Below the pieces are notes generated by a model. It saw nothing but the letters and a program-made list of their open reading frames with translations, had not been told where the DNA came from and did no database searches. 64,000 nucleotides of DNA from Cycas panzhihuaensis. Taxonomy: Eukaryota > Plantae > Cycadophyta. The stretch spans positions 233,189,741-233,253,740 of the forward strand of contig CM041465.1 of the NCBI GenBank assembly GCA_023213395.1. The letters are read 5' to 3'. The position numbers and the translations under genes were made by a program. This document shows, piece by piece, positions 38,440 to 52,616 of the stretch; the first letter of the stretch is position 1, and each line of letters opens with the position of its first letter.

Positions 38440-41400
38440 CTCTAGTAAGGATGGATGAAAAGGTAAAATCATGATTAAAAGGAATAGGTGAGATACCATA
38501 TAGAGATTTTTATTTATTCCAAAATTACATAATAATATGACTTCATGATTATAAAGGACTTACTTTTTATTTGTTAAAATATTCTCATCCTAGGTTGTTT
38601 TTTATGGAGGCTTGCAAGTAATTATCTCTAGTTAGACCTAGATTATACCTTAAGCTCAAGAAAGTACTTTATCAATCTAGAAATATTAGTATAGATTATT
38701 GGAGAGCTTTGGGATGGATGGAGTTCCAACAAGCAGGTTCACCATTGATAAAGTACATACTGAAAAAAACTTTCCCTAAATACTATGATCCTAATGGGAT
38801 AATAGCCAAATATATGGTCAATATAAGAGTGACCATTGCACAACATGAAGTTGAAAACCTTAAAGTATACATGGATTAAGAGGATGACAATATGATATGC
38901 AAATAAGAATCCATTTTTCAATCTAGAGAAGTAATTTTTGCAAGTGTCTTATATATACTAGACCTCACCATCCTGGGGCACCTGGTCAAGGAGAAGAGGA
39001 AGAAGTTACTAGTGATTTGCTAAGAGATATAATGAAGGGAAATAAAAGCAAAAGAACTAAAATGGAAAAACATGTACACAAGAAAGTAAAGCTTCTTGAG
39101 GCCTCTTTAAGGATAACACCAACATAGTTAGTCCCGATAATTATAATAATACAAACTCACCTAATTTTTTAATAGTCCTTAAAGTTTTTATAAGAGGTAG
39201 AGTATCAAATATTAAAGCTATCTAAGACTAATGATATAGATCTAAGCTCTCCTACTTGACAAAAGACTCCAAAGGTTAATGGTAAAAAATGAGTTAACAG
39301 GGAATAATTATAGTTAATGTCCTCTTAAGCAAGCCAATAAAGAAGCAACAAAGATTATAGAATATTATGCAAAAGAGATGGTATTGGTAGTAATATCAAA
39401 GGAAGTTGAGGATATATGGCAAAACACTCAGTAGATGGTTCAACAAGAGGTAATGAGTAATCAACCTTTTTAATAAATAGGACAAATAAAAGGAGGTCAA
39501 CTAATATTGTAGCATCCCTTTCCTCCTACCTAGATAACTTTTAAATAATAGTTTTTCTAACTTAAAGTGAGCAAAAATTAAATTATTTTCTAGCTAATTT
39601 CACCTTATATTTTGGTCAATTTTTTAATGTATGCTAGCCAACTTTGAAGGGATATCCTAACTAACTTCCATCTACCTTTCTAGCTAAGTTTCTTAAGCAC
39701 CTTTTATATCACCTATATAAATGGAACTTTGGTCTCTTCTTAAGGAATCATAAGTGATTTTAGATTGTTGCATTTTTAGACTAGAGGGCTACAAATAGGA
39801 GGGTACCTCATCTTGAAGAGGAAGTCTCGAATAAGTACCTTATCTATAAGTTTCGTACATTATATTTTACTATTTTTTACTTAATGTTTAGTTAGTTATA
39901 CATATCTATATGCAAGTACACTACATTGCATCTACTTTTAGATAATTGTATGTAATCTTTCTATATTTTTAGTAATATCTATGCTAGTTATCTAGTTTTT
40001 AATGTAAATTTTGTAGAATCACCTCAAGTGGTATTAGAGCTTTATTTTGAAAACCTTGAGGAAGGACTCATTGTCTTATAGAAAGGTAAAACTTTTCCCC
40101 TTTTTTTTCCTTCAAACATAGTTAAGTTCAAGAAGAACTCTGTAGTAAGGCAAAATGGTGAATAACCCATCAGTAATAGTAGAAGATGTAGAAAAAAGGG
40201 TTGATGGGCTACATGATATAGTATCAACCTTGGATGATGACATAAGGTCCATTTGTACTCTAATAGAATCAATCAATCGAAAACTAGATAGACAATAAGG
40301 AGAAGGGGAAAGCTTAGGTAAAGACAAATTCCAAGAGCAAAGGGATCAAAGGAAGTTTGATGAAGAATTCTATGAATAAAAAGATCAAAGAGACTTTTAT
40401 CCAAGAAATCAAATAATTTTTGATATGGACAATGGATTCAGGGGACAAAGTTTCTTTTAGAAAAATTTAATCTCGATCGATTTAAGGATATCCATAATTA
40501 GATACTACAAATAGAGACTTACTTCTAAATATATGATCTATCCAATAAGGAACAAATTTTAGTGGCTTCACTCCACTTATATAGAAGAGCATTTCAATGG
40601 TTTTGCTAGTGGATAAAAGTCTACACGGATACCCTAAACAACAATTGGGCTTCCCTTAAAGTAGGTTTGATCGATTAACACAAGACTCTTGGAATATAAA
40701 TTACTTCTCTTAATTGACCTAATTACAACAAACTAATTCAATTCAAGCTTATATAAGATCATTCGAAGCCCTCTAATACTTGGTCACTAAAAATACCAAA
40801 TGAGCTCATTACTTAAACATACATTGGGGTACTTAAGGGACATATCAAATTCTATATAAAAGTAATAGGGGAAACAAACCTATAAGTAACCATTAGGCAC
40901 ATAAGAAATATTAAATTAGAGTACAAAGAAAACCAATGGAGTTACAATTGTCAACGTGAGCCAAACCCTAATTTCCAAACTAATTAGAATATGTCAAGAA
41001 CCAAGATGGATCCATCACTCACAGAGAATGGTACCAACAACATAAAAAAAGCATCAAAAGAAGAACATCTAAGGTGAGGAACATGTTTCAAATGTGAGGG
41101 AATATAGAATAATGACTATCAATGTTCGTTGCAGAAAGTATTCATGATTAATAATAAAAGCATGGTCGTTCTAGAAGAGGAACAAGAAGAAGAAGGAAAA
41201 CTTCTAGAAGAGATTAACATAACTGAAGTGGAAGAACTCTTGTATATAGACACATAGAATGTATATATGTCACCATAAGCTATTATGGGATAGATTATCA
41301 CTCCTCAAACCCTATGTTTTCAGGGAACGACCAAGGGAGCACCATTTACCATTCTAGTTGATAGTGGGAGCACCCATAACTTTATGAATATACCAACTAC

Positions 41401-44400
41401 AAAGAAATTGGGGATACCTATCAAAGAACTTAATGTATTCTAGGTTACCATTACCAATGGAAAAACAATAACATATGGAGGATGTTGCCAAAAAATGAGT
41501 ATCTCGATCAAAGACTATTTAGCAACCAGCAACATGTTCATAATGCTAATAGGAGGAGTGGACAAAGTATTAGGAATATATGACTATAAACTTTAGGAAA
41601 CATAGTCACCAATTACAATACTTGATTTATGAATTTCACTAAAAGGGGTGTAGATATATACCATAGGCTCCCCACACACCCCCAATCCAACTAGTGATAT
41701 CTCATAGCATGGAGAAAATCTTAAAGAAGAACCCATCCACATATATAATGACCTATTACAAGATTACAATGGAAGATATTCCAATAAAAGTATAAGCAAT
41801 CATAGATTATTATAGCTCAATATTTAAGGAATCGCCACTAGGGTTACCCTTGGATCGAGGATGTCATCATGCTATCAAATTAATACTAGGAGCCACCTTG
41901 ATTAACATTCATCCCTTTCATCATCGCTACTATCTAAAAAGGGAAATAAAATAGATCGCTAAGGAGCTTTTACAGAAAGGATATATTAGGAATAACACTA
42001 GCCCTTTTACATAAATCATAAGAAGTATGGCTCTTATCATATGTGTATGGATTATTAAGGATTATATAAGGTAGCAATTAAGAATCACTATCCCATTCTA
42101 TAAATAGATGATTTTCTAGATGAAATATATGGAGTAAGGTATTTTTTAAAAATTGACCTACGATCTAATACTATCATATTTGGATCAAAGAAGAAGATAT
42201 ACACAAAATAACATTTTACATTCATGAAGGATTATTTGAATTTTAAGTTATGCCATTTGGATTAACCAATGTACTAACAACTTTTCAAAGTGCAATTAAT
42301 ACCATCCTCAAATCTTTCTTACAAAAGTTTGTGTTAGTTATTTTTTATAATATTCTAATTTATAATTCAACATAGAAAGAATATTTCGAGCATATCAAAG
42401 TAGTTTTTCAAATTCTGAAAAGCAACCAATTCTTTACTAACAAAAATAAATGTACCTTTAAGAAAGATGAGTTGGAATACCTAGGGCATATTATCCTACA
42501 AGAAAGTAATAAGATAGATCCCAAGAAGGTTCAAGTCATCATCAATTGGCCTACTCCTGAAAATGTAACAAGAGTAAGGAGCTTCTTAGGGGTAGTTGGG
42601 TTTCTTTAAAAGCTTATTAAGGGACACACACATATAACATCTCCTCTAATAGACCTCATGAAAAAGGATACTTTTTCATGGAACCCCATAGCAAAAAATA
42701 CCTTTTAAGAACTAAAAAAAGACATGATTATAATGCATGTTCTTGTAACCCTAGATTTCTCTCAACCTTTCACTTTATAATATGATGCATCAAAGACCGA
42801 AGTAGGAGTAGTCCTCCTCTAAAATAATCAGTTTCTAGTATACAAAATCCATAACTTAAATTGTAGGGAAAGACTCAAGCTCATTTATAATAAAGATATG
42901 CTCACAATCATGTATGCCATACACCAATAGTATTGATACTTGCTCAAAAATAAGTTTATGGTCAAAATAGACCATAATAGCCTGAAATATTTCCTCAACT
43001 AGAAAATGTTATCTAATGAACAATAAAAATGGGTAAGCAAACTTCAAACATTTGATTTTACTATTTTGTATAAAAAGAGGAAAGAAAATATTCTTATAGA
43101 TTCTCTATCATGATTACTTGAATATAATAATGGAGACATATTCCTGAAAGCAATCTTAACAACCATTCCTAGTTAGATACAAGAGTTAGTATAGGAATAC
43201 TAAAGTGACCCCCTCTCATAAAAGGTGTTAAAAGAGATTGAAGACTAGGAATCTACAAAATACAAATTACAAGGAGATCTAATTTTTGGGAAATGAAAGA
43301 TATTTATTCCAACCACATCAAAATTAAAGGAGATAATATTAGAGGAAGCCTATTTCATCCCAACTACAAGACACAAAGATCAACGAGACTTATCATAAAG
43401 TATGGAGTTCCTTCTTTTGGAAGGGGATGAAAATTAATGTTTTTAAGTTTATATCAGAATGTGACTCTTGACAGAGGAATAAAGATGAGAGCATAAGAAG
43501 CCTAGGCCTACTCCAACCATTTCACATCTTGTAATAAAAATGGGAAGAGATTTCAATAGACTTTATTACAAGCCTACCAAAGTTTGAAGGTAAGGATGCA
43601 ATCTTTGTGGTCATTAATAGACTAATAAAATATGCTTATTTTAGGGGATTGCAATCAATGACAAAGGCCAACCAAGTTGTAGAGATATTTATGAAAGAGA
43701 TACATCATCTACATGGTCTTTCTAAGGTCATAATCAATGATTGTGATTTGAAGTTCACTAATCACTTCTAGTAGGATCTATTTAAACTAAAAGGTACAAA
43801 ATTATCCATGAGCATGGCATCAAATAGATGGGTAAATAGAGGTAGTAAACAAGTATTTAAAGGGACATCTATGGAGTTTTACCTTAGATAAATAGTAATT
43901 ATGGCATAAATAGCACCATCTAATAGATTGGTAGAATAATACCACATACCATATAATAACTAAGATGACCCCCTTTCAAGCACTCTATGGATTCAAACCC
44001 CCATCCATCATCATATGGACTAAGCCATCCCCTATACAGATTGTCTATGAATAATAAGAATAAATGGGATAAAGGAACCCCCATGGACTAAGCCATCCCC
44101 TAGATATTGAAGGATAATTTAAATATGATAAGAAACTAGATGAAGTAATAATTAGACCTCCACAAATAAAAAAGGTCATTTTCAATAGGAGATTAGGTAT
44201 TTTTAAGATTGCATCCATATAATCAATAAACTATGAAATAGATAAATAAACAAAAATCCCCCCTCCTCCTTAATTGATTCTTTGGACCATACCTAGTCAT
44301 TGATAAAATAGAAGAAGTAGCATAAAAATTGGCCCTATCTCTTAGTAGACAAATTTATAATGCCTTCTATGTATCATATCTCAAACAAAAAATAAAGGAA

Positions 44401-46400
44401 AATATCATTCCTCAAACTAAAATTCTAAAACTAGATGAAGAAGGCAAGATCATTATTGAACTAGAGGATATCCTTAAGATCCATACCAAAGAACTACATT
44501 CTAGAGAGGTCAAATAAAATCTCATAAAATGGAAGACCTTAAATTATAAAGACATGACTTGGGAGTCATAAGCATGGTATTGCCAATACCTAAAATTACC
44601 CACGATTTAAGGATAAAGCATGCTTTTAGGGGGAGGGACTTGCAACATTCCTTTCCTCCTACTTGATCGACTTCTAAAGAATAGTTTGGCTGACTTAAAG
44701 TGAACAAAAATTAAATTATTTTCTCACCAACTTCACCTTATAGTTTGGTCAACTTCTTAATGTAGTGTACCCAACTTTGAAGAGATATTCTAGATGACTT
44801 CCATCTTCCTTTCTAGTTGAGTTTCTTAAGTGCCTTTTATACTACCTATATAAAGGGGTCTTCAACCTCTTCCTAAGGCATTATATGTGATTTTAGATTA
44901 CTGTATTTTTGGTGTAAAGGCTATAAATTAGAGGGCACCTCACCTTGAAGAGGAAGTTTGGAATAAGTGCCTTATCTATAAGTTTTGTACATTATATTTT
45001 ACTATATTTTTACTTTATTTAGTTAGTTATACATATTTATATGTAAGAAGTATATTGCACAACATCAACTTTTAGACAATTATATGTAGTCTTTCTATAT
45101 TTTCAATAAGTTAGCTATTTTTCTATATAAATCCCATGGGCTCATCTTAAATAAGCCCCTAACTACTTAAGTCAAGAGGCACTAACTCCTAACAAGAAGT
45201 TGACCAAGGAGAATTGGGAGGAATGGAGCTTATTCCATGGGTTGTGAAATAAATAAATATTAGACAATTAACATAAGGGTTTACTCAAGTTCTTATGTTT
45301 AATACAACTATTGAAGAAAATTCTTATTAATGGAGTAAAGAAGACAAACTCATAAAGAAAGATGTGATCAAGAGTAAAAGACAAATCAAGACCATCTTTA
45401 AGCCAACAAAAAATAATTTAGCCCAGATTCAATTGATCCATATTTAACTACAAATTAACTAGTGAAGGATAAAGTATGTACCTTCCAAGCTCAACTACAA
45501 TAAAGAATACGAGAAAATAAAACTTAAGGGTAAATAACTTAACATTGAATAAGAAACTAAATCAATTCAAAGAAGCATGGGAGTGATTACTTAGTCAACC
45601 TTTAGGTAAAGGTATTAAATAGACATGGATGAGATAATAAGAATGGATCCATTACAACCATAGCACTACAATCTATTAAAGAATTAATGGATATGATTCT
45701 TAAGGAGGATGACTTTTTAATCCCATACATGTAGAAGTTGGCGAATAGAATGTTTTTCCTTTATAAGAGGATTTGGTAATTGAGAAAGATGTTTGGTAGA
45801 GTACATTCTACATATTTAAAGGAATTATATGAAGAAGGTTGTTTCTCTAAATTTAAGAGTAAACTAGAAGTTGATGGTCTATATAACAACATAACTCATA
45901 GGCCATTTATTCATAAGTGGAAACATATATTAGATATAGGAGTAAATAGAGGCAAAATGGTGGCAAAGAATACTAAAGAATTAGAATCCACTCTAAATAA
46001 TTTTATGAAAAAGGTCTCTTTTATGGCCCCTTGTCTTGATCCAGTAATATTTGAGAGGGAAGAAATTATAAGTAAAGATAAACTCTTAAAGGCAACCACT
46101 ACTAAATCTAAAGATACAATATAACAAGTAACTTTTGACATAAAAAGTAATCCATAGGAATAGGCTAGAAAGGTGTGGGATTGGAAATCATACCAAGTAA
46201 TTCTAAGAAATATATTAGAGCATCAAAATCAAAGATTTGATCCACTTAGGGAACAAGTGTATAAGCTAGAGGGAATCATTAAAATATTTAACCTACACTT
46301 GATTCCAATTTTGTAAAAAGAGGTGGCAGCAAAGTTGGGTGCATCCCCTTCAAATATGGATCCATAAAAGTAATGGGGAATAACTCTTTAATATCATGAT
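38440..46400 (+). pseudogene. decayed long ORF of unknown, probably TE-accessory, type split by the chromovirus
   Basis: Purine-rich coding-like sequence on both sides of the insertion (38440-39507, 45150-46400), e.g. RDFYLFQNYIII*LHDYKG...PRLFFMEACK and ORF 45780-46124. No named domain. Confidence 0.35.
39508..45149 (+). mobile_element. full-length decayed chromovirus (Ty3/gypsy) LTR retrotransposon
   Basis: LTRs 39508-40026 and 44641-45149. TSD aatat/aataa. PBS tggtattagagc at 40029. PPT taggggggagggact. Protease ILVDSGSTHNFM; RT KIDLRS.Y, MPFGLTN; RNase H YDAS; integrase WEEISIDFITSLP; chromodomain-like end. Confidence 0.95.
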
Positions 46401-49400
46401 TATAAAAAAAAAAAATCTTTACTTAAATCATAAATGAATGCATCATTGACAATAACAGAAATCCTCAGTGCTAAAATAAGGGTAGGTTACACATGAAACT
46501 ATATTTTTGTAGTAATGGTTGAGATAATCATGCATGATATTTTTCAAATAATAGGTAGGAAGGAGATATAAAGGGAGTTGAAATAATGACTATCCTCAAT
46601 CATTGTTCACCTAATATTAACGGCATTCATTCACCCACAATGGCTAGTGAGGAGGATAATGGAAAAGATGAAGATCACATGAAGAAAAGGTTATTATTAT
46701 TGTTGTTATTCTAATTGGTATGTGTATTGTGTCTGTTTCAGTGTTGTTGACTTTGTTTTCTTTTCACTTTCTATTGTTTTCTTTGTGTTTGCATTAAAAT
46801 CAATTATCTTTCATTCTAGCTTAATTCCCCTTTATACTTTTCCCTCAAGAACCCAAATAATCTAGTGATTTAATACTCTTCCTCTCAACAACTTGTAATT
46901 GAGGAGAAGATTCCACTACTATTGGTGGAAATTATGAATAGTTCCTTTAATAAGTTTAAGTCACATATGTTATTGACTTTAATTAGCTTGAGATTTTCAT
47001 CTTTATTAGTTTGTATTAGGAAATTCTTCTAGGCAGTAATTTGCACCTAGTCAATCTTATAATCAAACTATTAAAGAATTGTTATTATACAGAAGCATTA
47101 ATCTCTACAAATATAATTTTATCTTTGAACTATTAGAAAAAGAGTCTGATGGTTTAAAAATAAATGAAGTCTCCTCAACAACTTAATGAGGTGTTCTCTT
47201 CTGTAGCCCTTGAATGCCATTAAATTTTCTTTCATATGTTTATCAAAATCCTTAGTTAATAATTATTTGAATATCTACTTCATTGATCTAGTTATATTGT
47301 ATGTGTCACTATATGGATGTTGATGACATACTACCTTCACCTTTTTGTTTCTCCTTTTTGGCTTATTGAGGATTTTTTTTTAATATCTAGTGTTGCTAGC
47401 AAATAAGGTTTATTGGTACACCTTAGTTTTCCTCTTTATTCCATCTAAACCACCACTTTGTTAAGGTGATGTACTTATTGATTAAGCATAAGACTAATCA
47501 ATACAATTGCCAACACTACATTTTAGGATCATATAGCTATCGACTATCTCTAAATCATTTTAACACCTAAGGGAATCATCCCTATTTAAGCAAATGGTTA
47601 TTTAACCCCAACATGTTGTGCTATCTTTGAGCCAGCCTACAAACAGGTAAATTAATGAATCTTAGGAAACTTGGATTGGTAGAAAGAAGAACTACAATGA
47701 TAATAAAGAAAGGCATAGACTTATCCTAGTTGAAAAGAAAATTTTATACATTAGAATGGACCCTATAACTGACTAACCTCCAATTGGTTTCATTATTATA
47801 CCAAGAATTGATGAAGAAGATAGAGGACTCATTTATAGGAAAAGGTAATTAGAATGAATAAAGAGAAGCCTAGGGTTGGAGTTCAAGATATTTATTTTTA
47901 GGTAACTAAAGGATTTGATCCTCAAGATCAACCATTAAAGAAGGACGGTCTAGTTGTTAGAAGATAGGCATGCTTAAAGTTAATGAGATTTTATTATTGC
48001 AATAACTACCAATAGGCATGAAAGATACAACAATCCTTATTAAGTATAGATTAAGCGATTGGACATATTAAATTCCTAAAGTATAGGGTTCTAAGATAAA
48101 AAGGAAAGCACATGAAAGAAAAGGGATTTAATTTCTAATAATCTATTTTGTGGTCTACATCATACCAAGTTAAACCTCAATGTAAATCTTAGGTTGTAGA
48201 GAGAAGTCCAATAGTAGTGAAAGTGTTGAATGCGCTTAAGATATAAAGAGTTAGTTATTATCACTCTTTGAATAAGGATTTAGTTTGTTTATTCTAAGAT
48301 TTTGGGCGGCTTTGCTCCTACTTTCATTATAAATTGTATCCTTAAATATCCAAGTGTATCACAATTTATTTAGCACTATTATTATGAGTTATAAAATATT
48401 TCGATATTTAATATAATTACTCATAAGTTTTCACTATTTGTATGGTGTAATATATGGATGAATGTATTTCAACCTTCTAAAACACTTACTTGAAAGAAAT
48501 TACTCAATATTATTCTCTATTTTCTTATTTCATTGTTATGGTTCTACTTATTTCTGTTTCATTACTTTGATGATTTAGTTTACTTGGTTATCAAAATAAA
48601 GAAATGCTTGTTTATGAGCATAAATATCTTATTCTTTGGTCAATTGTTGGATGCAATATCTAATTATATGATTAGTCTCATTCACACTTTCTTACATATT
48701 ATTGTATTTTATATTCATTATTACCTTGAATTGTTTTCCATATTAAAATGTATGATAGCACACAATAGTTGACCTTTGAGGGTTCTCACATGTGATGACC
48801 TGTATTATAAGTATATACATCATCATTGTTAGAATTTGAAGTTTGGTCATTTTTTCTATTTTTTATTATGCCTAACCTTATGCACACTTCATTCTTTTAT
48901 GCTTAATTTCATTATTTTATACTCACATCATTTGTTATTGTTATTATAATGTTGGGTTCATTGCCATGCTTCCACCTTATTCTAATATAATAGTATCAGA
49001 TATTAGAATTTAATATTTACTTTAAGGGGTTATGGATCCCTCCCCTCTTTGTTTTTTGTATTTTAATATTAGGATTGTAATTATGCAAAAGTGATGAGTC
49101 AAGGCGGGGTTATGACTCACACCTCACAATTGTCAAATTAGATAGGAATATTATTTTTGTAATTATTAGGTTAAGTTGATATAGGTTATTGGTAATAGTT
49201 GAATTGTAAGTGAAGAGAGTAAAGTAAGGATCATTGATTTAATGTAATGCATGATTATTATCTAATAGAGATTTCTCAAAATTTTTAGAATTAATTTCTA
49301 AAGTTTTAATAGTTAATCCAATCAATTAATATCCCCATTGCGTGCCTTACTACTATATTCATGGTCTTAGAGGAAAGTTTATGGTGAATTTATCAACTAT

Positions 49401-52400
49401 AATTATTGATATTATACCTACTCTATTTATTAATGAAGACTATTATATTAACATGCATTAAATTCTACATTATTGCCTGATTTATATAATTATTAAGCTT
49501 ATTTTTTAATATGCATATTACTAAGATTAGATTGTAGCTAGTTAAGCATTCATTATAGGTATAAACAAGCATGTGTAGTTGAATATAAGCATTAAAACTA
49601 ACATGCAAGCTTAATGAAGCAGGCAGATGAATATATGTGGCATGTAGGCTAATTTATATCACATGTAGGCTAAACAATTAGCATGCAAGCAAGAAAATAG
49701 ACTCTGCGGACCACTGTGAACCTCTATTCTGATATCCTCCTCAAGTGATAAATTAATTAGTCTATGTTTGTCATGCTCTTGACATTATTTAAAGGGCCAT
49801 GATTTATGTTAATGAAAAGTATTTTTGATAAAGGGGAGAAAGGCTTTGATTATCACTAATAATTATAAGGCATTAAAATTAATGCTTATTTATCAATGGG
49901 CAATTGTATTGTTTGATCTTTACAGGGCTATAATAAATATTAAAAACACATGGAAATGTATTTTTTTATAAGACATTGTAAAAGCCTTTTATTCAATAAA
50001 GAATTTTCTAATTTGTATACTATATAGATTGAAAACTATGTAAAAATATTTTTTTTTAATCTCACGTGGCAACTTGTAAAGAAGCAACTTTGCAAACAAC
50101 GATTCAATGACCTACAACTTGCAAACTATATACAGAAGGGTTAAGTAATCACTTGAAGGCTATAGACATGCTACAAAAGCTCAAAGCTACTCTACACAGA
50201 TGTACATAGGTTATAAATAGATGTGGAGATGCAATAGCAACCCACAATTAAAGACCTAGAAGTTTGCCAAAATGCAGATGCCATGAAGAGGTTGAACATA
50301 ACACACCTCATACGAAGGAGCTAAAACACTATAAAAACTTGCCCAACATCATGTAGGACATATTAACAACTAATAAATAGAGACACCTATAGGTTGTTGA
50401 GCAAGTAGTAACACCAAAGAAAGAGACACTTGTAGCTACCACACAATAAACTAAGATGAGACACACAAATAATCACTCATGCCTATCTCAAAGGCAAATG
50501 CAAATATAGGACAACAGAAATAAGGAAAAGTCAAACAGACCACATGGGGAGACACCTAAAAGGTCATAAACAATAGAGGATAAATGCATTACATTAAAGA
50601 AAAATATGCTTAATCAATTTCAAAGGTTGTATAAGCAATACAAAACTAATTTACAATGACTGGGATTAGAGATAGAAGCTAAATAGAATTATTGGAGACC
50701 AAACTTGGACAGAAGAAGAAGAGCACTCATTTTTGCATGCCCATTGCTACTAAATGTTAGGAAACTATACAATGTAACCTGTCAAATTAACCATTGGCAT
50801 TTTGATTATGCAATGGCGAAAGAAATTTTAGAGAAAATGACTTCCAGTAGGAGTTGCAACTAATTTTGTGGAGGGCCCATTTGTTGCCCATACATTCCTA
50901 ATGAATATTCCTTTGAGAATATTCTTAAATTAACTTTAGGTTAAAAATATTAAACTTTTTATAAAGTTTAGTGATAATAAAGTAAATTAGAATGTAATTT
51001 AAAATCCATGAATCTACCCCTTACCCACTAGCCTTCAATCACATGGTTATTCAGGTGTTAGAGCCTTTTATGGACCACAAAGAGTATATTTTTCAAAAAT
51101 AAATATACCACCATGACCAGTTTTTTGAGAGCTTCATTTTAGCAGTGATCACATGCTATTTTTTTATACAAAAATTTGCTGAAAGAGTAATTTTTTTAGT
51201 TTTCTAGTAGTATTTTGGCTACTTATGAGTAGGCCTATGCAGAAAATCACTCATGCCAACTATTGACATATAGATTAAGGACTCATACAACTATTTTCTT
51301 TATTTTTGTGCTTATTTATCTTATTTTCTAGTTGAATTTTGTTGCATATTGCTTGAAAGATGGCAAGTGAAAGTGGAATCTTAAGTGTTGTCACAAAAAA
51401 ACTCATAGGTCCTGAAAATTACACAGTTTGGAAACACCATATATTTAGTTTCTTTCACCTTAATGGCCTTTGGAAATATGTTGATAAATTAGTTAAGAGA
51501 AAAGATGTAAAAGAAATCATGACTTTTAAAACCAAATCGATTACTGATGCAACTTTTAAAGCAAACTATGGGTCAAACATGAGGATCACATACGAGTTTC
51601 TCAGCATGTTAATTAATAGGAGCATCATCGTGTACATTAAGGGAACAATGACATCAAAGTAAATATGTGATATAGTTGTGAATTTATTCGAACACAAGGG
51701 CAATGGAAGGGTTCTCAGTCTATAGAGTTAATTATACACTCCAAAGATAACAGGGAATGTTGTAGACCATATTAGACATGTAAGATCCATTTAGGATTAG
51801 TTTGTGACCATAGGCAAAATAATCCTTGATTTAGAAATTATCGCATGCATACTAAGAATTTTGCCACCTTAGTATAAAAATTTCACTACCATTCTTACTT
51901 TGATAGACAAATTGCCTATATTTATAATAGGATCCATAGAATCTTTGCTTATGGAACATCAACAGAAGTTAAAATACATGTTTGGAGAGTCATCTGGAGC
52001 ACTATCATCCAAATAAAAAGGGAAGAAGACATATGTTCTAAAGAAAAATATACCTTTTGAACCCATAGTCCAGAAAGATAAATTAGGAGGCTTGAAGGGA
52101 CAATATATGCTAAAGTGCTATCATTATTATAAATTGAGTCACATTAAAAAACACTATTGGGAATAGTAATGTCAACAACAACAACAACAACAATAATGAC
52201 AATAATAATGCCAAACCCAATAGCAAAGATAGAAACAACAACAACGATGATCACCTAGGCAATGCGGTCATGTCATAGATGTAGCAAACAACTCACCTAC
52301 AAAAATTTCATGACAATTGTTTATTATTATATATAAAATGGGATCAAATTCACAAGATGTATGGTTCATCAATTTTAGTACATATTGACATATGACTAGG

Positions 52401-52616
52401 AGGCTTAAATGGTTTTTTTAGATGTGGGAAGTAAGCTAGAAGATTACCATTGGCAATGGCATTGATCTGGAGGCCATATGAGTAGGGAAAGTGCTAGTAA
52501 TCACAAAAATAAAGATTTATAATATCTAAATAATGTGTTGTATATATGAAATTTGAAGGCAAACCTTGTTTCTATAGGGAAGATTGAATAACGTGACATT
52601 ATTGTAATGTTTCCTC

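Noticed and set aside
47614-48162. possible solo LTR (TG...CA)
   Set aside because: Flanks caaca/tacca match only 3 of 5, and there is no second copy in the window.
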